Positions 20,535 to 29,151 of a stretch of 64,000 bases of DNA are shown piece by piece; position 1 is the stretch's first letter, and every line of letters begins with the position of its first letter. The notes under the pieces are model-generated. The model saw nothing but the letters and a program-made list of their open reading frames with translations. It had not been told where the DNA came from and did not search any database. The stretch comes from Candidatus Entotheonellaceae bacterium (lineage in GTDB: Bacteria > Tectomicrobia > Entotheonellia > Entotheonellales > Entotheonellaceae), in NCBI GenBank assembly GCA_965238075.1, contig OZ250173.1:576001-640000 (forward strand), in the 5' to 3' direction. The translations under genes and the position numbers were made by a program.

Positions 20535-22628
20535 TTATTCATCCCGGTCCGGAATCAGGCGGATCTGCTCGAGCCACAGGATGGCTTCGGCATCGCTGGG
20601 GGCTCGGTAATCGCCGCGCGGCGAGAGGGAGCCGCCGGAACCGACTTTGGGACCGTTGGGCACGCAGCTTCGCTTGAATTGGCTGAGTTGGAAGAAGCGC
20701 TCGGCGAACACCGTCAGCCACTGCTTAATCTCGCCAATGCCGTAAGCGTGACGCCGGTCAGTGGGGATGTCGGGCCAGCGGCCGCTGAGCACATCGTGCC
20801 AGCAGCAATAAGCCAGGAAGGCGATCTTGGTGGGCAAATAGCCGAGGCGGGTGGTGTAGTACAGGAAGAAATCGTGCAGCTCATACGGGCCGATGACCTC
20901 CTCGGTGCGCTGACTGGGCTGGCCCGTGTCCTCATCGCCCGGCACCAGTTCAGGGCTGACCTCCGTTTCCAGCACGTCGTGCAGGACGCGGCTGACGCCG
21001 TTTCCAAGTTGACCGGTTTCCGCTACCCAGTGGATGAGGTAGCGGATCAACGTCTTGGGCACGCTGGCGTTGACGTTGTAGTGCGACATGTGATCGCCGA
21101 CGCCGTAGGTTGACCATCCAAGGGCCAATTCGCTCAGGTCCCCAGTCCCCACCACCAAGCCGTTGCAATGGTTGGCGAGCCTGAACAGGTGGCTGGTGCG
21201 CTCGCCGGCCTGCACGTTTTCGAATGTTACGTCGTACACCGGGGACGGCGGATCAGGCCAAGGCTTGCCGGCCAGCGGATGGCCGAGATCGCGCAGCATT
21301 TGCTCGCAACTCGGGCGGATGTCGAGTTCGTGAGCCTCGCAGCCAATCGCCGCCATCAGCGTCTGGGCGCTGCGCAGGGTTCGCTTGCTGGTCGCGAAAC
21401 CGGGCATGGTGTAGCCCTTGATGTTACGGCGTGGAAGTCCCAGCACGTCCATAACCCGCGCCGCCACGATCATTGCCTGCGTCGAATCGAGACCGCCGGA
21501 AATACCGATCACGACGTTCTCAATGCCCGTGCTACGCAATCGTTTGGCCAGTCCCTGCACCTGGATGTTGTACGCCTCGTAACAGCGCTGGTCGCGCATT
21601 GCTGGATTGGCCGGGACGTACGGGAATCGGTCGTAGGGACGCTGGCAAAGCAGGCGTTCCCCGCGATGCGGCAGATCAACTTCAACACGCACCTCGCGAA
21701 ACCGCTCGACCTCCTCGGCATGGCGTTGCACGCTCTGGCCAAACGTCGTCTGGCGCATGCGCTCCTGCGACAGCCGTTCGACGTCCAGTTCCGCCAGCAC
21801 TAGTTGCGAGTCGGATCGGAAGCGCTCCGACTCAGCCACCAGCGCACCGTTTTCGTACACCATGGCGTGGCCGTCCCAGGCGAGATCCGTGGTCGATTCA
21901 CCCGCGCCGGCGGCGGTGTAGAGATATGACGCCAGGCAGCGCGCCGACTGGTTGGCCACCAGGCTGTGGCGGTATTCGTCCTTGCCGATGGTGACGTTCG
22001 ACGCCGACAGATTCACGAGCACCGTCGCCCCGGCCATAGCGGCAAAGCTCGACGGCGGAATCGGCACCCACAAGTCCTCACAGATCTCCGCGAAGAATGA
22101 CCACGACAGGTCACTGTCGACGCGAAACAGCAGCCGCTCTCCGAAGGGAATGTCGTCCTGATCGCAAAGGCTGACGAAACGGCGCCGGGCCGCGGCCGCC
22201 GGAGCGAACTGCCGCATTTCATAGTATTCCCGGTAGTTGGGCAGGAAGGCCTTAGGCACTACGCCCAGAATGCGGCCCTGATGCAGGACCGCGGCGCAGT
22301 TGAACAGCAGATTGTCCACTTGCAGAGGCAGGCCGACGACGGCGATCATATGGGTTTCGCGCACTGCCTGGAGCACGGTACCGAGCGCCTCCTGGGCGCC
22401 GGCGAGGAGTGTTTGCTGATGAAACAGGTCTTCGCACGAATAGGCCGTCAGGCCCAGTTCCGGGAATACCACCAGCACAGCTTTGGCGGCCTCGGCTTGC
22501 TCGATCAGCGCCACTGTACGGGCGGCGTTGAACGTCGGGTCCGCCACCCGCACCTCGGGAATACCCAGGGCGACACGGATGAAACCGTGCTGGTAAAAAT
22601 TGAAAAAATCGCCGTGTGCCTGCACCAT
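20535..22628 (-). CDS. nadE: Glutamine-dependent NAD+ synthetase
   Basis: Nitrilase domain (FPELG, ICEDLW) plus GISGGLDST, ENVQA and SQFKR. Confidence 0.95.
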   Translation of the reverse strand: MVQAHGDFFNFYQHGFIRVALGIPEVRVADPTFNAARTVALIEQAEAAKAVLVVFPELGLTAYSCEDLFHQQTLLAGAQEALGTVLQAVRETHMIAVVGLPLQVDNLLFNCAAVLHQGRILGVVPKAFLPNYREYYEMRQFAPAAAARRRFVSLCDQDDIPFGERLLFRVDSDLSWSFFAEICEDLWVPIPPSSFAAMAGATVLVNLSASNVTIGKDEYRHSLVANQSARCLASYLYTAAGAGESTTDLAWDGHAMVYENGALVAESERFRSDSQLVLAELDVERLSQERMRQTTFGQSVQRHAEEVERFREVRVEVDLPHRGERLLCQRPYDRFPYVPANPAMRDQRCYEAYNIQVQGLAKRLRSTGIENVVIGISGGLDSTQAMIVAARVMDVLGLPRRNIKGYTMPGFATSKRTLRSAQTLMAAIGCEAHELDIRPSCEQMLRDLGHPLAGKPWPDPPSPVYDVTFENVQAGERTSHLFRLANHCNGLVVGTGDLSELALGWSTYGVGDHMSHYNVNASVPKTLIRYLIHWVAETGQLGNGVSRVLHDVLETEVSPELVPGDEDTGQPSQRTEEVIGPYELHDFFLYYTTRLGYLPTKIAFLAYCCWHDVLSGRWPDIPTDRRHAYGIGEIKQWLTVFAERFFQLSQFKRSCVPNGPKVGSGGSLSPRGDYRAPSDAEAILWLEQIRLIPDRDE

Positions 22629-22850
22629 CCAATCCTCGCAATGACCTTGAATTCACGCCGCTAACGGCGCGTAGCCTGCATCACGCCCACAAAATTGTCA
22701 ACACGACCGAAACGGCGCGGCCGGCGGGTGCGAGCCTGGCCTTTCGACTTGTTCGGCCCAAGGCGCTTTGCCATAATAGCGCCTTACTTGAGACCCTTCG
22801 GCGACTTCTTCAGAGGCCAAGCTGCACTTGGCGAGCCACGAGGAAACGGG

Positions 22851-24152
22851 ATGAACGTCCACACTTGGCGCCTGGAGATCGGCACCTTCCCTGTGCGGCG
22901 CCTTGCCTTTGCCTCCCGAACCGCCTACGAAAACGGCACCCTGTTCATCGACGACGCGGAACTCCAGACCCGCATCGCCAAGCCCGCTGCTGTTGCCGAT
23001 ATCGCCGTGCATCTTGCCCACCCGGGTGAATCGTGCCGCATCGTGCACGTTCTGGATGCCGTATCGCCAATGGTCAAAGTAACCGGCCGGTCAACGGTCT
23101 ATCCCGGCTTTTTCGATTCCGCGTCGCCGGCCGGCAGCGGCCGAACCCACGTGTTGACGGACGCCGCGGTGCTGGTCAGCGGCACGTTTCCGGAACCGAC
23201 CAGCGGCGCCCTGTCGGCGGCCGAGGCCACCGTCGACATGAGCGGGCCGGCAACGGCTTGCTGCCCCTTTTCGGACACCGCCAACGTGGTCCTGGTCTGC
23301 CGCCCGGCCCCCGGCGCCAGCAATGCCGATTTCGATGCCGCCCTGCACCGCGTCAAGCTCAAAGCGGCGGTGTATCTGGCCGAGGCCACCGTAGAGCTTG
23401 AGCCGCCGCAGACCGACGTGTACGACTTGCAGCCCGTTGACGACGCCCTGCCCCGCGTTGTTTTCCTGGATCAACTCCACCAGCAGGGCCTGCTGGCGCA
23501 GACGTTCCTGTACGGCCGGCACACGCAGGGGCTGGAGCCAACCCTGCTGCACCCGAACGAAATGCTCGACGGCGCCCTGGTCAGCGGCAACTACCGGCAG
23601 CCGGGGCGCTCGATCACCTACGGACACAGCCGCAACGACGTGGTGCGCGAGCTTTACGGGCGCCACGGCCGGGATCTCAACTTCCTCGGCGTGGTGGTTG
23701 GCCGCGGCTGGCAAGACACGCAGGCGCTGAAGGAACGCCAGGGCTGCATGATGGCGCGCCTCGCCAGCCTGCTGGGCGCGCAAGTGGCCATCGTGTCCGC
23801 GGACGTCGGCGGCACCGGCGGCAACAATACCATCGACTTCATGCAGACCATCAAGGCTTGCGAGCAACTGGGCATTCGCACCGTCGCCATCATGCAGGAG
23901 GCAGGCAACGCCGACGGCAGTAATCCGACCCTCGTCGATCATGTGCCGGAAGCCGATGCGCTCGTCAGCGTCGGTGGTGTCGGCTGGGACATCCCGTTAG
24001 CCCCCGCGGTGTCGCGCGTCATCGGCGGCGCCACCGTGCAGCCGAACCGGGCGCAGGAACCCCTGGATGCCGCCGGGCCGCTGCACGTCGCGTGCTGGTA
24101 CGGTGCCGTATGGAAGCGTACGTTCCAAGGTCTGTCGGCGGTGGACGCCTGA
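22851..24152 (+). CDS. Glycine/sarcosine/betaine reductase component B alpha/beta-like subunit (GrdE/G/I-like)
   Basis: PGESCRI, DMSGP..PFS, FLYG...PTLLHPNEMLDGALVSGN and LYGRHG.DLNFLGVV; RBS GAGG. Confidence 0.85.
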   Translation: MNVHTWRLEIGTFPVRRLAFASRTAYENGTLFIDDAELQTRIAKPAAVADIAVHLAHPGESCRIVHVLDAVSPMVKVTGRSTVYPGFFDSASPAGSGRTHVLTDAAVLVSGTFPEPTSGALSAAEATVDMSGPATACCPFSDTANVVLVCRPAPGASNADFDAALHRVKLKAAVYLAEATVELEPPQTDVYDLQPVDDALPRVVFLDQLHQQGLLAQTFLYGRHTQGLEPTLLHPNEMLDGALVSGNYRQPGRSITYGHSRNDVVRELYGRHGRDLNFLGVVVGRGWQDTQALKERQGCMMARLASLLGAQVAIVSADVGGTGGNNTIDFMQTIKACEQLGIRTVAIMQEAGNADGSNPTLVDHVPEADALVSVGGVGWDIPLAPAVSRVIGGATVQPNRAQEPLDAAGPLHVACWYGAVWKRTFQGLSAVDA

Positions 24153-24162
24153 TCCTCAGGAC

Positions 24163-24327
24163 TAGAGCATTTTAAGGTTGAAAAGAATCAGGGTTCATAC
24201 TGCCCATCACTCCGGCGAAAGCCGGAGTCCAGAGGTTTTCGGACTTACAACGGCCCTGGATTCCGGCATGCGCCGGAATGACGCTACGGTAACCTTGTAT
24301 GGCGCTAATCAATCTTGAACTGCTGTA
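24163..24327. mobile_element. MITE-like element with a REP-like hairpin, between the grdE- and grdB-like genes
   Basis: TAGAGCATTTTAAGGTTGAAAAG...TCTTGAACTGCTGTA; inverted relative of 7906-8095. Confidence 0.65.
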
Positions 24328-24340
24328 AAGGACAACACGC

Positions 24341-25699
24341 ATGACTGCTGACACCACTCGGCCCTTGCGCCTGGTACATTACATAAACGCCTTTTTCGGC
24401 GGCATTGGCGGCGAGGCCGAGGCGCATCACGCCGTGCAGACGCACGCGGGGCCACTGGGGCCGGGAATGCTCTTGCAGCAATTATGCGGCGGGCAGGCCG
24501 AGGTCATCGGCACCGTGGTGTGCGGCGACGGCTACTTCGGCGAGCACGAGGAAGCCGTGGTGGAGCGGGTCCGGCAATACGTGCGACAGCAGGGCGCCGA
24601 TGCCTTCATCGCCGGCCCGGCCTTCGGCTCCGGACGGTACGGGCTAGCCTGTGGCCGGCTGTGCCTGGAGGTCGAGCGCCTGGGAATTCCCGCGCTTACC
24701 GGCCTGCACATCGAGAACCCGGGCGGCGAGGTGTTCCTGCCGCAGCACATCTTCGCCGTGAGCACCACGGCCAGCGCTGCCGGCATGCAACCAGCCTTGC
24801 AGCGCATGGCCGCCCTGACGCTCAAACGCGCCCGCGGCGACTCCCTCGGCTCGGCGGCGCAGGAAGGCTTTCTGCCGCGCGACGTGCGCCGCACCGTGGA
24901 CACCGGCCTACCGGCGGCTAGGCGGGCCGTGGACCTCGCCCTACGCAAGTGGAAAGGCGAGCCCTACGCCAGCGAAATTACCGTTGAGACCTTCGAGCCG
25001 GTGCCGCCGCCGCCGCCGCTTGCCGACCCGAGCCGCACCCGCTTTGCATTGGTCACCGAGTGCGGCCTGGTGCCCAAGGGCAACCCCGACCGCCTGCCCG
25101 CCGCCGGCGCCAGCCACTGGGCCGCCTATGCCATTGGCGACATGCAACACTTGATGCCCGGCGACTGGGATATCGTGCACGGCGGCTATGACAACACCGC
25201 GGCGCTGCTGGACCCGAATCGCGTCGTGCCTCTGGATGCCATGCGCGCCCTACAGCGGGAGGGGATCATCGGCGGGCTGTTGGACGACCTGCTGGTCACC
25301 GTCGGCAATCTTGCCAGCCTCAGCGCCATGAAGAAAATCGGCGCCGAAATGGCCGCCACCCTGAAGCAGCGCGGCGTCGGCGCCGTCGTGCTGCCGGCGA
25401 CGTGAGGCACCGGCACGCGTAGCGGTGCTACGATCGCCAAAGCCTGCGAACGCGAGGGCATTCCCACCGCCCTGGCCACCTGTCTTTACACCGTCGCAAC
25501 GCGCGTCGGCGCCAACCGCATCGTGCGCGGCGGGCGTTTCCACCATCCCTTCGGCGATCCGGAGGACCCGCCGGCGGCGCAATACGCCTGGCGCCGCGCG
25601 TTTGTCGAGCGCCTGCTGCACGCCCTGCGCACGCCGGTCGAGAAGCCGACCGTGTTCGACGTCGAACCACCGGCGCACGCCCCTGGATCACCCATCTGA
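24341..25699 (+). CDS. Glycine/sarcosine/betaine reductase selenoprotein B-like subunit (Sec at UGA 25403-25405), 452 aa
   Basis: HYIN.FFGGIGGE, CGDGYF, AGPAF..GRYG, VPKGNPD, HGGYD and DPNRVVPLD; homology continues past the UGA (GTGTRSGATIAK...VGANRIV...HPFGDP) to a stop at 25697-25699. Confidence 0.9.
25412..25438 (+). promoter_or_regulatory. Candidate bacterial SECIS element
   Basis: GGC-ACG-CGTAGC-GGT-GCTACG-ATC-GCC hairpin; G-rich loop 19 nt after the UGA. Confidence 0.7.
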
Positions 25700-25714
25700 G
25701 CAAACGGAGAACCC

Positions 25715-26086
25715 ATGATCGACGTCACCGTCTACAAATTCATCCACTTCCTCGGTATCATCATGATCTTCGTCAGCCTCGGCGGCGTCATGGTGCACGT
25801 CTTCAACGGCGGCGCCAAGGCCGACAACGTCTGGCGCAAGCCGGCGGGCATCACGCACGGCATCGGGCTGCTTCTCGTCCTCCTCGGCGGCTTCGGCATG
25901 ATGGCGCGGCTCGGCATTCCGTGGCCGTGGCCGGGCTGGTTGTTCGTCAAATTGGCGGTCTGGCTGCTTCTGGGCGGCATCACGGGCCTCCTGTACCGCC
26001 TCGGGACGAGCGGCAAGAGCCTGTGGGTCGTGGTGATGCTGCTCGGCGCTATCGCCGCGTTCATGGGCATCATGAAGCCGTTCTGA
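25715..26086 (+). CDS. Small 4-TM membrane protein (SirB2-like)
   Basis: YKFIH, HGIGL..L..GFG and W.FVKL..W; RBS GGAG. Confidence 0.75.
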   Translation: MIDVTVYKFIHFLGIIMIFVSLGGVMVHVFNGGAKADNVWRKPAGITHGIGLLLVLLGGFGMMARLGIPWPWPGWLFVKLAVWLLLGGITGLLYRLGTSGKSLWVVVMLLGAIAAFMGIMKPF

Positions 26087-26159
26087 TTGGCTATCCGGGC
26101 ACGGGATTCAACAATGGCTTTACAGGCAACATGCGGGTGATGAAAATGGATTTGGTTTC

Positions 26160-26231
26160 TGCGGCGAAAGCCGGGACAGAGACGTTCAGAGGACAGAGGT
26201 CGCAGGATTCCGGTGTTCGCCGGAATGACAT
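26160..26231. repeat. Degenerate REP-like palindrome (GCCGGAATGAC family)
   Basis: CGGCGAAAGCCG...GATTCCGGTGTTCGCCGGAATGAC. Confidence 0.6.
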
Positions 26232-26272
26232 TTCGGGGCGTTGAGCGGTCCTCTCAGTAAAGGAAATAACAC

Positions 26273-28243
26273 ATGGCAGTCGTCCAACTCGACATCTCAC
26301 AGCGCCAGCCGTTTGCCGCCGGCGAGGCGTTCGACACGGTGGGGCCGTACGAATTCCTGCAAGGCACGGCGCACTTCGCGGTGGACCCGTTACACCCGCG
26401 TAACGCCGCCATCACGGACTTGGAGTTGGCCCCGCGCCAGGCGGACGGAACAGTGGCGTTCTCGGCCGGATTCGCCATGCTGCAGCCCGCAGACGCCGGG
26501 CGCGGCAACCGCCGGATGTTTTTTGACGTGATGAACCGCGGGCGCAAAACGGTTTTGCAGCGCTTTAACGACGCGCCGGATATTGTCGATCACAGCCTGC
26601 CGCCCAGGCCGGGGAACGGCTTCCTCATGCGCCGGGGCTACACCGTGGTGTGGTGCGGCTGGCAGGCCGACGTGCCGCCGACCCCAGGTCTGATGGGCCT
26701 GCAAGCACCGGAAGCTCTCGGACGGCAAGGCTCGCTGCAAGGGCGAATCCTGTGCCAGTTCCAGGTCAACGAATCGACGCCGCAATTGCTTCTTTCCGAC
26801 CGCGAGCACACGCCGCATCCGGCCGCCGACATCAACGAGGCTGGCGCGCTGTTGCAGGTGCGCGACCACCCCAACGCGCCGGCCACCGAAATTCCGCGCG
26901 CGGCGTGGTCCTTCGTGCAGACGGAGGGCGACGCGGCACCCCATTACGTGCACCTGCACGCCGGTTTCGAACCGGGGCGCATTTACCAACTGGTGTACAC
27001 GACGCGCGGCAGCCGCATCGTCGGGCTCGGCTTCGCGGCGGTGCGCGACATCGCCTCGTTCCTGAAGCACGGCAGCGCGGACGACGGCAACCCTTGCGCC
27101 GGCCGGCTGGACTACGCCTACGCCTTCGGTGCCTCGCAGAGCGGCCGGTTCCTGCGGCAGATGCTCTATCACGGCCTGGTGGAAGATGAGTCGGAACGGC
27201 TGGCGCTGGACGGCGTCATCCCGCACGTGGCGGGCGGCATGCGCGGCGAGTTTAATCTGCGCTTCGGCCAGCCCTCAAAAGACGTTTGCTTCATCATCCC
27301 GGAGATGTTTCCGTTCACCGACACGTCGCAGACCGACCCGCTCACGGGCCGATGCGGCGCCCTGCTGACAAACCTGGAAGCGCGTGGCAAGGTGACCAAA
27401 GTCATGTTCACCAACACCTCGGCAGAATACTGGCGCGGCGACGCGGCGCTCATCCACACCAACCTGGACACGATGCGCGACCAGGCGGAGTCGCCATTGG
27501 TGCGGCGCTACCATTTCGCCGGCACCCACCACACCTCGGGGCTATTCCCCCTCGCCGGATGGCGGGCCGCCGACGGCATGCGCGGGCAACTGCCGTTCAA
27601 CACGGTCGATTTCAACCCGCTCCTACGCGCTGCCCTGATCAACCTCGACCGCTGGGCCAGCGAGGGGGTACCGGCTCCCGCCAGCCGCCACCCGTCCCTG
27701 GATGACGGCACCAGCGTGCCTTCCGACAGCCTTGCGGCGGCCTTCGCCAAGCTGCCGGGCGTGCGCTTTCCACCCCAGGTGACGCGGGCGCTGCGCCTCG
27801 ACTACGGCCCCGAAACCGAGAACGGCCGCACGGTGCGTCTGCCGGCCGGTGAGGGAGAGACGTACCCGGCGCTGGTTTCCGACGTGGATGCCGACGGCAA
27901 CGAACGCGCCGGTATTCGCCTGCCCGACCTCAGCGTGCCGCTGGCCACCCACACCGGCTGGAACCTGCGCCACGAGGCCGTCGGCAACCCGGACCTGGTG
28001 ATTGGCATTACGGGGGGATTGGCCGGCTGGACCCTGCCGTTCACCGCCACCCGCGACGACCGCGAGACGGGCGACCCGCGCCCGTCCATCGACGAACGCT
28101 ATTCATCCCGCGAGGAATACCTCAGCCGCGTACGCGCCGCCACCCAGGAGCTCATCGCCGGGGGCTACGTGCTGGCGGAGGATTTGCCCCGCATCGTGGC
28201 CGCGGCGAGCACCCGCTACGACGCCTTCAGACATGGGAAGTGA
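26273..28243 (+). CDS. Large alpha/beta-hydrolase-domain protein
   Basis: NRGRK, W.GWQ.D, FGASQSGRFLR nucleophile elbow, AEYW and DGNE..GIRLP. Confidence 0.8.
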   Translation: MAVVQLDISQRQPFAAGEAFDTVGPYEFLQGTAHFAVDPLHPRNAAITDLELAPRQADGTVAFSAGFAMLQPADAGRGNRRMFFDVMNRGRKTVLQRFNDAPDIVDHSLPPRPGNGFLMRRGYTVVWCGWQADVPPTPGLMGLQAPEALGRQGSLQGRILCQFQVNESTPQLLLSDREHTPHPAADINEAGALLQVRDHPNAPATEIPRAAWSFVQTEGDAAPHYVHLHAGFEPGRIYQLVYTTRGSRIVGLGFAAVRDIASFLKHGSADDGNPCAGRLDYAYAFGASQSGRFLRQMLYHGLVEDESERLALDGVIPHVAGGMRGEFNLRFGQPSKDVCFIIPEMFPFTDTSQTDPLTGRCGALLTNLEARGKVTKVMFTNTSAEYWRGDAALIHTNLDTMRDQAESPLVRRYHFAGTHHTSGLFPLAGWRAADGMRGQLPFNTVDFNPLLRAALINLDRWASEGVPAPASRHPSLDDGTSVPSDSLAAAFAKLPGVRFPPQVTRALRLDYGPETENGRTVRLPAGEGETYPALVSDVDADGNERAGIRLPDLSVPLATHTGWNLRHEAVGNPDLVIGITGGLAGWTLPFTATRDDRETGDPRPSIDERYSSREEYLSRVRAATQELIAGGYVLAEDLPRIVAAASTRYDAFRHGK

Positions 28244-28339
28244 ATTGGCTGGGCATTGGGAGGTTGTTTGCACGGCGTGGGTTCGTGCTTTGACAGGGGT
28301 ATTCGTTCACAACTTAGAGGCTGGGGGTAGGCTGCGGGA

Positions 28340-28474
28340 ATGGGCACTGAGGTTATCGAGAAGGATGAAGACGGCTGTTTCGTAGGGAGTGTTCCCGCCC
28401 TTCCGGGTTGTCATACCCAAGGCGTGTCTATTGACCAGTTGCTCGAACGAATGCAGGAGGCAATCGCCCTTTAG
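28340..28474 (+). pseudogene. Short HicB-family antitoxin remnant
   Basis: VIEKDEDGCFVGSVPALPGCHTQG.SIDQLLERMQEAIAL, then TAG; homologous-looking LEVEGED follows; no hicA partner. Confidence 0.7.
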
Positions 28475-28555
28475 CTTGAGGTTGAGGGCGAAGACGCACC
28501 CAGGCCGCTTAAATGGGTCGGCCACGCGACAAACTTCCTTAGGAGGTCGTAAGAA

Positions 28556-29143
28556 ATGACTGCTACAGCTTCCCCTAACGCAGACACCACCATTGTGCAG
28601 GATGCCAGCCGGTTCAACGATCAGTTTGGCGGGATGAGTCCGCGAGCCAAGGACAAGGTCAAAGGCGAGATGTCGGAATTCGTGCAGGCGTTCATCGCTG
28701 CTTCGCCCTTCGTGGTGATGGCGACGGCCGACCCGGACGGCAATTGCGATGCATCGCCGAAGGGCGGCAAACCCGGATTCGTCAAGGTAATTGACGGCAG
28801 GCGCTTGCTGCTGCCCGACGTTGCCGGCAACCGGCTGTTCCAGTCCTACCAGAACATGGACGACAACCCCCACGTCGGTCTGCTGTTCATGATTCCTGGC
28901 CTTAACGATACGGTGCGTATCAACGGCACCATAACCATCGTGGACCGCGAGGAGCTGGCAGGGCAGAAAGTGGCGTTGTCCCTTTATTGGACCGACGACA
29001 ACGCCAAGCACCTGCAGGGCGTCATCATCAACGTGGAAGAGTCCTACACCCACTGCCCGCGGGCCTACAACTTTGCCAAGCTGTGGGACACAGAGCAGAT
29101 TACGGCGAACCGGGCCCATCGGCCCATACCGCTCGCGTCGTAA
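28556..29143 (+). CDS. FMN-binding PPOX-family protein (MSMEG_1061-like)
   Basis: FI.ASPF, DASPKGG.PGFV, PD..GNRL, VGLLF.IPG and Y.HCPRA motifs. Confidence 0.85.
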   Translation: MTATASPNADTTIVQDASRFNDQFGGMSPRAKDKVKGEMSEFVQAFIAASPFVVMATADPDGNCDASPKGGKPGFVKVIDGRRLLLPDVAGNRLFQSYQNMDDNPHVGLLFMIPGLNDTVRINGTITIVDREELAGQKVALSLYWTDDNAKHLQGVIINVEESYTHCPRAYNFAKLWDTEQITANRAHRPIPLAS

Positions 29144-29151
29144 ATCGCTGG

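Noticed and set aside
25425-25718. Separate 97-aa ORF after the grdB-like gene
   Set aside because: Wrong frame; the region is the post-UGA half of the selenoprotein.
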